Positions 39,770 through 48,658 of a DNA stretch of 64,000 nucleotides are shown here, in pieces. Position 1 is the first letter of the stretch; each line of letters begins with the position of its first letter. The notes beneath the pieces were generated by a model, which ran no database searches, was not told the DNA's origin, and saw only the letters and a list, made by a program, of their open reading frames with translations. A program made the position numbers and the translations under genes. This stretch comes from Candidatus Eiseniibacteriota bacterium (lineage in GTDB: Bacteria > Eisenbacteria > RBG-16-71-46 > CAZAMP01), in the NCBI GenBank assembly GCA_965224245.1, contig OZ245046.1, positions 2,400,001 through 2,464,000 on the forward strand, written 5' to 3'.

Positions 39770-40282
39770 TCAGCCCTGAACGCGGAAGTGCGAGCGGCGA
39801 TTCTTCGACCAGGCATCCTCGGTGTGCCGCGGGTCGACCGGGCGCTCCTCACCGTAGCTGACCGTGCTGAGGCGTGCCGCATCGATGCCCTTGCCGATCA
39901 GGTACTGCATGGTGGCCTGGGCCCGGCGCTGGCCGAGCGCCAGGTTGTAGTCCGGTGTCCCGCGCTCGTCACAGTGTCCCTCGATGACGATCCGCTCGTC
40001 GTCGTGGACCATCAGCTGCGAGGCGTTCGCGTCCAGCGTCCGGCGCGCGTCGCCGCGAATCTCGGCCTTGTCGAAGTCGAAGTAGATGTCCTCCAACAGG
40101 AGCGGCGGCGGAGGCGTCTCGGCCGGCTGCTCCATGGGCGGCGTCTCGATCGGCGTGTCCTGGACCACGTCGGCGGGCGGCGTGTCGACGTCCATGTCGG
40201 GAGGGGTCTTCTGGCCGCCGCAGCCCGATCCGACCGCCACCGTCATCACCGCGATCACCAACACGTTCACGAAGCGACTCAT
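39770..40282 (-). CDS. pal: Peptidoglycan-associated lipoprotein Pal
   Basis: IYFDFDK; IEGHCDERGT.DYNLALGQRRA; SYGEERP; NRR. Confidence 0.93.
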   Translation of the reverse strand: MSRFVNVLVIAVMTVAVGSGCGGQKTPPDMDVDTPPADVVQDTPIETPPMEQPAETPPPPLLLEDIYFDFDKAEIRGDARRTLDANASQLMVHDDERIVIEGHCDERGTPDYNLALGQRRAQATMQYLIGKGIDAARLSTVSYGEERPVDPRHTEDAWSKNRRSHFRVQG

Positions 40283-40341
40283 GTCAAGAACCTCCAGCGG
40301 TGGTCTCACCGCAAGTCGTGCAAACCGCCGCACCTGGCTAT

Positions 40342-41634
40342 TCATCGTTCTGGCGCACTGATCCAAGCCGGTCCATAACAATCACCTGGACCGGTTGTCA
40401 AGATCCGATCCCTGAAAGTGTCGACATCCACGACGTACAGGCGACGCTCGTCCCCTCGGAGCGCGCTGTAGACGATGTGGCGACTGTCCGGCGCCCAGCT
40501 CGGGCTCTCACAGTCACCGTTTGCGAAGACGATCGGCTCGAGCCTCGAGCCGTCGGCCGGCATGATGTACAGGTTGTGAATGTTCCCGTCCCTCGACACG
40601 AACGCGATCCGGTCTCCATCCGGCGACCAGGCCGGGGCCGCATTGTATCGACCCGTCAGCGTCAGCCGGGTCACGTCACGGCCGTCGGCGGTCATCCGGT
40701 ACACCTGCGGCGTGCCGGTCCGGTCCGAGACGAACGCGATGTGCCGGCCGTCGGGCGACCATGTCGGGGACGTGTCGATTCCGACCCCCCTCGTGAGCTG
40801 CCGGACGGTCGAGCCGTCGGCGTTGGCCAGGAAGATGTCGGCCTCGCCGGCCACCGACCCCGAGAACGCGAGTCGCGTCCCGTCGGGCGAGAACGCCGGC
40901 GAGCTGTAGCTCGACGTGCCCAGCGTGAGGATCCGCTCTCCGCCCCCGGCGAGGTCGATGAGCCCGATCTCCGGCCGGCCGCGCCGGTAGGTCGTGTACG
41001 CCACCCGCCGCCCGCGCCGGTCGACGTCGGCCATGATCGCCAGATCCCCATCGTACGTGAGCTGGCGGAGGTTCTCACCGTCGATGTCGACGATCCACAG
41101 CTCCTTCACCGGGCCGGACGCCTTCGCGAACACGAGCTTCGTGCGACTGATGCCCACCTGCCCGGTCAGGTTGGCCACGATGTCGTCGGCGAAGCGGTGT
41201 ACGGCGTCGCGCGCGGTGAGCTGGGAGAACGGGTACTCGGACTGGAAGACCAGGGGCTGGCCCGGGAAGCTCTCGACGCGGCCCCGGAGCAGCCAGGCTC
41301 CGCCCTGCTTCTCGACCACTCCCCTCACCAGCGCTTTCGCCTTGGGCGACGCGGGCTGGCCGGAGAAGCGGAAGCAGCGATTCACGTTGAAGAGATCCGA
41401 GAAGTCGAGATCGTCGTAGAGGATGTCGTCCAGGCGGCGCTGCCACGCGGGGGCGTCCCCGACCAGCCCGGGCAGGACGAAGTTCTCCATCTCGATGTCC
41501 ATCTTCTCGACGTCGCGGGCGACGGTGCCGGTGTCGATCAGCGGCGACTCGGACTGCGCCATGGACGCGACCGGAGCCAGCGCCAGGCAGATCGACAGCG
41601 CTCGCGCGAGCGCGCACGGGCCTCGGTGGGTCAT
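40342..41634 (-). CDS. tolB: TolB beta-propeller protein
   Basis: Signal peptide; VHRFADDIV..LTG; repeated P.WSPDG. Confidence 0.9.
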   Translation of the reverse strand: MTHRGPCALARALSICLALAPVASMAQSESPLIDTGTVARDVEKMDIEMENFVLPGLVGDAPAWQRRLDDILYDDLDFSDLFNVNRCFRFSGQPASPKAKALVRGVVEKQGGAWLLRGRVESFPGQPLVFQSEYPFSQLTARDAVHRFADDIVANLTGQVGISRTKLVFAKASGPVKELWIVDIDGENLRQLTYDGDLAIMADVDRRGRRVAYTTYRRGRPEIGLIDLAGGGERILTLGTSSYSSPAFSPDGTRLAFSGSVAGEADIFLANADGSTVRQLTRGVGIDTSPTWSPDGRHIAFVSDRTGTPQVYRMTADGRDVTRLTLTGRYNAAPAWSPDGDRIAFVSRDGNIHNLYIMPADGSRLEPIVFANGDCESPSWAPDSRHIVYSALRGDERRLYVVDVDTFRDRILTTGPGDCYGPAWISAPER

Positions 41635-42338
41635 CAGTATCCTCGTCGGTATTCGAAGAAGAAGCGAATGCGGAGGTCGTCCCACTCGAAGCCCGCCGGG
41701 AGCGGCGGGAACTTGGGGACCAGCCTGACGGCCTGGAGCGCGACGGCGTCGAAGTCGGAGATGCCCGACGACTCGTCGATCGCGACGTTCGACGCGGTGC
41801 CGTCCCGGGCGATCCGGAAGGTCACGACCGCCTTCGCGCCGTCCGGCGTCCCCACCAGCGGCGTCCATCGTTCGGTGATGAGCCGGGTGACCGCCTCGGT
41901 GTAGTACGCGTACGGAAACGCGACCTCGGTCTCGAGGCGTCCGCCCGCGCCCTTCTCGGGCTCCGGCGGCGGCGGAACCGGTGAGACGGGGGCGTCCGGC
42001 GGCGCTTCGAGCGTGCGCGGCTCCCTCGGCGTGCGGCGCGGCCTGCGCGTCTCGGGCTTCACCTCGGGGATGCGGCGTTCGCGGGGAACGGGGACCTCGC
42101 CGCGAGGACTCTCGACGCCGGTGACGGGCTGCTCGACGACCTCGGGCATGGGCTCGGGCTCCGGCTCGGGGAGCTGCACGAGCTCGACGACGTGCCCCCT
42201 CGGCACCTGGATGGCATCGTCGGCGTGGGCCACGATCAGGCCGATCACGATCATGCCGAACACGTGCACGCCCATCGACCCCACGAGCGCGGTCGTGAGG
42301 CGGCGGCGCTCCGCGGCGTGAGACTCCAACACCGGCAT
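41634..42338 (-). CDS. TolA/TonB-family protein
   Basis: TM with S.G.H, Pro-rich linker, F.IARDG..SSG..DFD..AL.AV...FPPLP. Confidence 0.8.
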   Translation of the reverse strand: MPVLESHAAERRRLTTALVGSMGVHVFGMIVIGLIVAHADDAIQVPRGHVVELVQLPEPEPEPMPEVVEQPVTGVESPRGEVPVPRERRIPEVKPETRRPRRTPREPRTLEAPPDAPVSPVPPPPEPEKGAGGRLETEVAFPYAYYTEAVTRLITERWTPLVGTPDGAKAVVTFRIARDGTASNVAIDESSGISDFDAVALQAVRLVPKFPPLPAGFEWDDLRIRFFFEYRRGY

Positions 42339-42481
42339 CTCCAGCGCGACTCTCCTAGACGTGGCGGCGTGGCAGGCCCCGAGCCGCGCGCACTATACGC
42401 GCTCAAACGAGAAACGCACACCCGAACGTGAAGTTCCGGGTGTGCGTCGATCGAGACCGGTGGTGCCGGCGCGGCGTCGCG

Positions 42482-43420
42482 CTAGCGCCGTCCGAACCCG
42501 ACGCCGACGAGGAAGCTCAGCGACTCGTGGCTGTACTTCGTGCCCATCAGAAGGAACGCGCGCTCGCGATAGTACGGCGCGTACCGGAGGATGAGGCTCG
42601 CGTACGGATCGCTGGAGTCGTCGTCGGTGCCCACGCGAACGTTCGAGAAGCCGGCGCCGAGATCCAGCGACGCCTTGCGGAACCAGAGCTCGTAGTTCGC
42701 GTAGACGCCGGCCTCCTTGATCGTGGTGCCCTGCTCGTTGCCGAAGCCGAGGGCACCGGTCACGCCGAAGTCGAGCTTGCCGCGCCGGTAGAAGTCCTTC
42801 GCCAGGGAGAACGTCAGGAAGTTCGCGTCCTCGGTGAACTCGACGTACGCGGCCAGGCTCGCGGAGATCGGGAAGACGCTCCAGGGATCCCGGTTCCGGT
42901 ACGCGACCATGTCCTCGACCTCTCGCGCGAGCGCGAGCCGGCGCTGATCGTTGGCGAAGAGCGTATCCTCGAGCGTCGCCTGCTGGCTGGCGAGCGCGTC
43001 GCGCCGCGCGTTCAGGGCGTCGACCTGCGCGCGCAGGTCGCGGAGCCGGTCGCGCTGCGTGCCGAGACGCCCGCGGAGCTGAAGGTTCTCGGCGGTCAGA
43101 TCCTGGGCCTTCTGGCGGGACTCCTGGATGCGCTCGACCTCGCGGGGGATCTCGGCGCGCAGGTCCCGGGCGAGGTGGTCGATCGAGTCGCGACGCGCCT
43201 CGGCGCCCCGGATCTCGGCCTCCTTGTCCGCGATGCGCTCACGCTCGGTCGCGATCGAGGCCTCGGCGGCCTGCTCGGTCGCCACGACCTCCTGCCGGGC
43301 CTGCTCGATCGCGGTGACACCCTCGGTGCGGTAGCAGTGCACGCCGAACCCGAGGACCAGCACGACCATCAGGATCGTGTCGATGATGGCCCCGAGGATG
43401 GGGATGTTGAACAGCTTCAT
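42482..43420 (-). CDS. Hypothetical: N-terminal TM, long coiled coil, C-terminal beta-barrel-like domain
   Basis: ATG at 43420 after GGAGGGG; heptad-rich middle; about 8 amphipathic strands ending FLVGVGFGRR. Confidence 0.7.
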   Translation of the reverse strand: MKLFNIPILGAIIDTILMVVLVLGFGVHCYRTEGVTAIEQARQEVVATEQAAEASIATERERIADKEAEIRGAEARRDSIDHLARDLRAEIPREVERIQESRQKAQDLTAENLQLRGRLGTQRDRLRDLRAQVDALNARRDALASQQATLEDTLFANDQRRLALAREVEDMVAYRNRDPWSVFPISASLAAYVEFTEDANFLTFSLAKDFYRRGKLDFGVTGALGFGNEQGTTIKEAGVYANYELWFRKASLDLGAGFSNVRVGTDDDSSDPYASLILRYAPYYRERAFLLMGTKYSHESLSFLVGVGFGRR

Positions 43421-43431
43421 GACGTCCCCTC

Positions 43432-44040
43432 CTACTTGTACGGGCGCCCGGGATCGATGAGACCCCGCGTCCGGTCGAATTCCTCGGGATGCTCGAGACG
43501 ATACAGGCGGTCCCGGAGCGTCTGCTGCTCCTGGCCGAGCGTCGTGATCGAGTCCTGGAGCGCGGCGATGTTCGAGGTGTGCTCGTCGATCGCGCGCTCC
43601 GCCTCCGCTTTGTTCAATGTCGCCTGTTCCAGCGGCTCCTTGAGTTCTTCGAGCTGCTCGGTGAGGCGGGCGATGCCGGCCTCGAGGGTGGGGAACGTCT
43701 GTTCGATGCCCCGCCGCACCGCCACGAGGCTGTCGTGGGTGCTCTTGGCCCACTCGTACTCGGGCACGGTGAGCGTGTCGATGGACATCTCGACCGCGAA
43801 GAGCTCGTTCTCGCGCGTCAGGAACTCGGCGTCGAGCTCCTCCAGGCGGTCGGCCTCGGCCTTCTTGATCTTGTTGACGGCGCTCTCGGCGTCGGCGACG
43901 TACGGTGAGACGTAGGCGTCCGCGAAGATGCTTCCCAAGAACGGCATCAGAAGCAGCCACCAGCGGCGCATGATCGTCGCGAGCAACGGCGCCTTGGGAG
44001 TCCGCCAGTAGGTGGTGGACTTCCTCTTTACGGGAACCAT
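43432..44040 (-). CDS. Hypothetical: N-terminal TM and long coiled coil
   Basis: WWLLLMPFLGSIF anchor followed by E/L/A/Q-rich heptads. Confidence 0.7.
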   Translation of the reverse strand: MVPVKRKSTTYWRTPKAPLLATIMRRWWLLLMPFLGSIFADAYVSPYVADAESAVNKIKKAEADRLEELDAEFLTRENELFAVEMSIDTLTVPEYEWAKSTHDSLVAVRRGIEQTFPTLEAGIARLTEQLEELKEPLEQATLNKAEAERAIDEHTSNIAALQDSITTLGQEQQTLRDRLYRLEHPEEFDRTRGLIDPGRPYK

Positions 44041-44232
44041 GCCCTTCCCCTCATTCTTCGTCACGCGCCTCGGCGCGCCTCCGCCCCGGGATCGCCCATC
44101 GGCCGACCCCGCACACGGACCCCTCTACGACGGCCGCACGGCTCGCGCGTTGCCATCGCGTTACGGTTCCACGGGTTTCGAGACAGTGGCCGCCCAGCGG
44201 CGCGCCCGCTGGCAGGGAATTCGCTGCAGCCG

Positions 44233-44261
44233 ATGTTACCGGGCACCCCCGGGTTTGACAA
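44233..44261 (-). promoter_or_regulatory. sigma70 promoter for the coiled-coil gene pair
   Basis: TTGTCA-N17-TAACAT. Confidence 0.5.
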
Positions 44262-44320
44262 GCCCCCCGCGCGACCGCGCCCCCCCATGGAGGGCGCGGC
44301 GCGGACGGCCCCCGGTCGGG

Positions 44321-45277
44321 CTAGAGGCCGACGGCGTCGACCTCGACCTTGACCGACTGGACCGCCTTGGCCGACTTGTCCAGGAGGGCCCGCTCGTCGG
44401 CCGTGAGCTCCATCTCGATGACCCGCTCGACGCCGTTCCGGCCGAGAACGACCGGTACGCCGATGAACAGGCCGTCGTAGCCGTACTCGCCTTCGAGCCG
44501 GACGCAGCAGGGGAGGATCTTCTTCTGGTCGTAGGCGATGGCCTCGGCCATGGCGAGCGCCGCCCAGGCCGGCGACACGAACGCGGAGCCGACTCCGAGA
44601 AGCTTGACGACCTCGCCCCCCGCCTTTCGCGTCCGATCCTCGATGGCGGCCAGGGTGGCCTCGTCGACGAACGACTCGACCGGCATGCCGGCGATGCGGC
44701 ATGCGCTCCGGATGGGCACCATCGTGTCGCCGTGTCCGCCCAGCACCATCGCCTCGACGTTGGAGACCGAGACGCCGGCCGCATCGGCCACGAACCGGCG
44801 GTAGCGCGCGCTGTCCAGCACGCCGGCCATGCCCAGGAGCCGGTTCTTGGGCGGATCCAGACGCTGATGGAGTCGGTACACGATCGCATCCAGCGGGTTC
44901 GCGATCGAGATCACGAGCGCGCCCGGGCAGTGCTCGCGAATGCCCGCCGCGACCATGTCGGTGATCTTCAGGTTGGTGGCGAGAAGCTCCTCGCGGCTGG
45001 GGAGCGAGCCGTCCGGCTTCGGCTTGCGCGGCACGCCCGCGGTGTTGATGACCACGTCCGACCCGGCAAGCACGTCGTACGTCTTGCTGCCCACGCAGGT
45101 GACGTCGCTGCCGAGGATCGGCGCGCCCTCGGCGACGTCGAGTGCCTTGCCGGCGGCGAAGTCCGGCGTGGCCACATCCATGAGACCGACCTCGCGCGCC
45201 AGCCCTCGGCGTGCGATCTCCTGAAGCAGTACGCCGCCGATGTTCCCACCGCCGACGATCCCGATCTTGCCCAGCAT
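44321..45277 (-). CDS. mdh: Malate dehydrogenase (LDH-like)
   Basis: GGGNIG; TAGVPRK; NPLD; GMAGVLDSAR; LGGHGDTMVP. Confidence 0.92.
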   Translation of the reverse strand: MLGKIGIVGGGNIGGVLLQEIARRGLAREVGLMDVATPDFAAGKALDVAEGAPILGSDVTCVGSKTYDVLAGSDVVINTAGVPRKPKPDGSLPSREELLATNLKITDMVAAGIREHCPGALVISIANPLDAIVYRLHQRLDPPKNRLLGMAGVLDSARYRRFVADAAGVSVSNVEAMVLGGHGDTMVPIRSACRIAGMPVESFVDEATLAAIEDRTRKAGGEVVKLLGVGSAFVSPAWAALAMAEAIAYDQKKILPCCVRLEGEYGYDGLFIGVPVVLGRNGVERVIEMELTADERALLDKSAKAVQSVKVEVDAVGL

Positions 45278-45398
45278 CGTCCTCGTCCTTTCACCGGCAA
45301 AACCCGCGCACACGCCCGTGCACGGGCTTTTCGCGGCCGATGAGTGTGATCTCGACGTGACGCTCCCGCAAGCGGAATCTGGGGGGCGAGCCGTCCGT

Positions 45399-45689
45399 TC
45401 AGGCGACGATCTCGAGCTGGGCGCGCCAGCCGTACTTGGCACAGATGGCGGTCGCGAGGGTGCGGAGGGCGTGGATGGTCCGACCTTGCTTTCCTATGAG
45501 CTGGCCCGCGGCGCGCGGGCTGCCCGGAACGACCTCGATGAGGACGAGGTTCCCGGCGTGGGTGAAGTTCGTCGCGCACGTTTCACGATCGTCGATGAGC
45601 TCGGCGACGAGCGTCTCGATCACGTTCGCGATCTCTTTCGTCGTCTGTTCGGTTCGTCGCCGCTGTCTGAGCGTTACCGTCGACTCCAC
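45399..45689 (-). CDS. Single KH-domain RNA-binding protein, KhpA-like
   Basis: GQLIGKQGRTIHALRTL; GTG start after GAGGGG; promoter-like TTGCCC-N18-TATCGT at 45794-45823. Confidence 0.8.
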   Translation of the reverse strand: MESTVTLRQRRRTEQTTKEIANVIETLVAELIDDRETCATNFTHAGNLVLIEVVPGSPRAAGQLIGKQGRTIHALRTLATAICAKYGWRAQLEIVA

Positions 45690-46591
45690 GAGCTGTCCCC
45701 TCGGTGTCGTGCATCTTTGCAACCGACGCTTGTCGTCACCGGATCACGCGCGAACCGATGGATCCGGCTCGCAATCCCTCCAAACTGCTGTGTACGATAC
45801 ACACCAGAACCGCGTATGGGCAAATGGAAAACGCGATCGGCGTTCCGTTCTCGCTGGCGCCCCCGGGCGCCTGCCGCCTTTCCGGTGGGTGGCGGTGTGG
45901 CCTTCCGGGGATCCGTCGTGCCGTCGATCGCCCTCGGGTGGGCACGGGTCGGGCGAGACGCTGGCAGAGCATCCGGCGGGGGTGGCCGGCCAAAGGCAAG
46001 GGCCACCCCCGCCAAGGGTTATCACGTGTTCCTCGGAGGGAGCTAGTCGGTCAACTCCCCATTCGGATGTCGACTGCTACTTTCCAACAGCATCTCCTCC
46101 CCCGGCAGTGCCGGCGCCCGGTGGTGTCTCGGCCGTCATCGACCATCGGTTCGACGGCGGTCGCTCGCCTCGCCGGGCGTTCGTCGGGGCTCCTGAAGCG
46201 CGGCGCCCTCTCCGCGGCCGCGAGACGGTGGACCGGACGGCCCACTCCCCTCGCATCATCGAGCCACGGGCACTCGAGCAAGGGGCATGCGTCGACGTCT
46301 CCGGCTACTGGGTCCAAGGTAGCAGGTTTGTGCCGTGAGCGACCAGCCTCCGAATCACGCGGGACGTGGCGGTTGCCCGAGTCGCGCGGCTCGTGATAAC
46401 GTGTTCCTCGTTGGTGTTCGGACTGTCTCGATCTCGCAGCCTCTTCCGTCTGCTCCCTCGGAGAGCCGTGGAGCGCGCGACATCGTCTGGTCTGCAACTC
46501 TTGGTGTTTTTGCTCCGGCACGGGTGTCTTCCGAGTCCGACATGTGGCGGTCGTCCGTGCCTTTCGGTCTCTTCAACTCAAGGAGTCCAGG

Positions 46592-47266
46592 ATGAACTGG
46601 AAGGGTATCTGTGGTCTCGCTCTCGGTATGGTCGTCGCGGTTGGCACCGCCTCGGCGGAGAAGGTCCCGTACCACGGTGACACCTACGGGCCGGACGGCG
46701 GCTGTGACACCACCGACTACAAGCTGTACACGGGCACGGGCGGCTCCATCCCGGATTGCGATCCGGCCGGCGTATCGTTCCAGGTGGCCACGGATGCCGA
46801 CGGCGACACGATCGACGACGTCATCCTCAGCGCCGAGCTGAGCCACACCTGGTCCGGCGACCTTCGCCTGTGGCTCTCGTACGACGTCGAGTGCGACGGC
46901 ACCGACGATGCCGGTCCCGTCGCCGCGCTCTGTCGCCCGGGACTCGGCACCTGCGATCCCGACGGCTGCTGCGGCTGCTCGGCCGGAGTCCTTGGTCTGT
47001 ACATGTTCAGCGACGACGGTGGTATCCCGCTCGCCGAGGACTGCATCGCGGTGGATCCGGGCTGCTACTCGCCGGCGATCGACTCGCCGAACCCGTTCGC
47101 GGTCTTCGACGGACTCGCCAAGGGTGGCTGCTTCAACCTGTTCGCGGCCGACGGCGCCTGCGCCGACACCGGCACGGTCAACACGTGGATCGTCGCCGTG
47201 AAGAACGGAACCGGCGGCGTCCCGACCGAGAGCGTCAGCTGGGGCGAGCTCAAGTCCACGTACTAG
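46592..47266 (+). CDS. Exported Cys-rich proprotein-convertase P-domain protein, copy 1
   Basis: RBS AAGGAG; signal ASA; IDDV...HTWSGDLRLWL...FDG...GCFNL..AD...DTG...W; C-terminal SWGELKSTY. Confidence 0.75.
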   Translation: MNWKGICGLALGMVVAVGTASAEKVPYHGDTYGPDGGCDTTDYKLYTGTGGSIPDCDPAGVSFQVATDADGDTIDDVILSAELSHTWSGDLRLWLSYDVECDGTDDAGPVAALCRPGLGTCDPDGCCGCSAGVLGLYMFSDDGGIPLAEDCIAVDPGCYSPAIDSPNPFAVFDGLAKGGCFNLFAADGACADTGTVNTWIVAVKNGTGGVPTESVSWGELKSTY

Positions 47267-47294
47267 GGGCCTGAGCACAGACTGAGAGATCCCC

Positions 47295-47331
47295 GGGGCG
47301 TCCGCGGCACCGTTCGCGGACGCCCTTTTTT
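47295..47331 (+). terminator. Intrinsic terminator after copy 1
   Basis: GGGCGTCCGCG...CGCGGACGCCC followed by T6. Confidence 0.85.
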
Positions 47332-47616
47332 CAATCCCCTTTGCCGCACCCGTTTGCGCTCACGCCACCCGCTGGGCCCCGACCGACCCCTCCCCGCCCG
47401 CCCGCTGGGCTCCGGCCCACTAGTCGCCGGAAGCGCCCACGTGGTATTGTATTCTGGATGGGAAGCTCAGACTCGAGCATTCACTTCAGGGAACCATGGA
47501 ACGCACGACACGTGGGCAAAGGCGCGGGTGTGCGGTACGTGGCATCGAGAAACGTCAACTCGGAAGGTTCAGCGTCTCTGGCAGCCCAACAGGGGTATCG
47601 GCGAAGGAGTCTCAGC

Positions 47617-48300
47617 ATGAACGCCAAGGGTATCTGTAGCGTCGCTCTCGGAATGGTCATCGTGGCCGGATCGGCGGTCGCGGAAAAGGTCCCGTACGAC
47701 ACCGGCGACTACACGCCGGACGGCGACTGCCCCGTGGACGGATACAAGCTCTTCGAGAGCACCGCCTTCCTGAGCATCCCGGACTGCGATCCGACGGGCG
47801 TCAGCAACGTCATCGCCACCGACGACGACGGTGCCACGATCGACGACGTCATTCTCGCCGTCGAGGGTTTCCACACCTGGATCGGCGACCTCCGCATCTG
47901 GCTGTCGTACGACGTGGGTTGCGACGGTGCGGCCGACGCCGGCCCGGTCGCCGCGCTGTGTCGCCCGGCACTGGGCACCTGCGATCCCGACGGCTGCTGC
48001 GGCTGCTCCGGAGATCTCGAAGGTGTGTACCTGTTCAGCGACGCTGGCGGCGACCCGATGGGCGAGTTCGACTGCCCGAGCTTCATTCCGGGCGGCTGCT
48101 ATGGTGTCGCGGTCGACTCGCCGAACCCGTTCGCGGTGTTCGACGGCCTGCCGAAGGGCGGCTGCTTCGAGCTGTTCGTGGCCGACGGCGCGTGCGCGGA
48201 CACGGGATTCATTGCGAGCTGGGGCGTGGCCGTCCTGAACGGACCCGGCGGCACCCCGACGCAGGACGTGAGCTGGGGCGCGCTCAAGTCGGCTTACTAG
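47617..48300 (+). CDS. Exported Cys-rich P-domain protein, copy 2
   Basis: Paralog of copy 1; HTWIGDLRIWL; C-terminal SWGALKSAY. Confidence 0.75.
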   Translation: MNAKGICSVALGMVIVAGSAVAEKVPYDTGDYTPDGDCPVDGYKLFESTAFLSIPDCDPTGVSNVIATDDDGATIDDVILAVEGFHTWIGDLRIWLSYDVGCDGAADAGPVAALCRPALGTCDPDGCCGCSGDLEGVYLFSDAGGDPMGEFDCPSFIPGGCYGVAVDSPNPFAVFDGLPKGGCFELFVADGACADTGFIASWGVAVLNGPGGTPTQDVSWGALKSAY

Positions 48301-48331
48301 AGCCTGCTCACACCGAGACCGACGTCTGAAC

Positions 48332-48363
48332 CGGCGTCCGCGGCTCGTCCGCGGACGCCTTTT
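48332..48363 (+). terminator. Intrinsic terminator after copy 2
   Basis: GGCGTCCGCGG...CCGCGGACGCC followed by T4; similar to the copy-1 terminator. Confidence 0.8.
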
Positions 48364-48658
48364 AGTGCTCTCGGCCCCACACCCTGGTCAGGCTCCACAC
48401 CCCCCCCGGCTCCGCGGCTCTTGCCGCCCGCGCCCCACGCTCACATGCCTCGTGACCCCACTTATGGGCTGGCGGGGCCAAATCCCTGCGTGATATCATG
48501 CATCAGGTGGAAGCTCAGACCCGAGCATCTGGCACGCACGTGGCACCTTCTCGTGGGCGGAGAAGACACGTGCGTCTGGCACCCGGCAACGAGAAACGTC
48601 AACTCGGAACACACTTGTGTCTGGCGGCCTATCTGGGTAACGACGAAGGAGTCTCAGC

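Noticed and set aside
46260-46340. c-di-GMP-I riboswitch-like stretch
   Set aside because: Lacks the GGCAAAC/GNRA/GACGCAAA core
48530-48545. TGGCACGCACGTGGCA (GG-N10-GC) upstream of P-domain copy 3
   Set aside because: Not conserved in copy 2, lies inside a predicted leader stem, and an extended -10 is shared by all three copies; left unresolved
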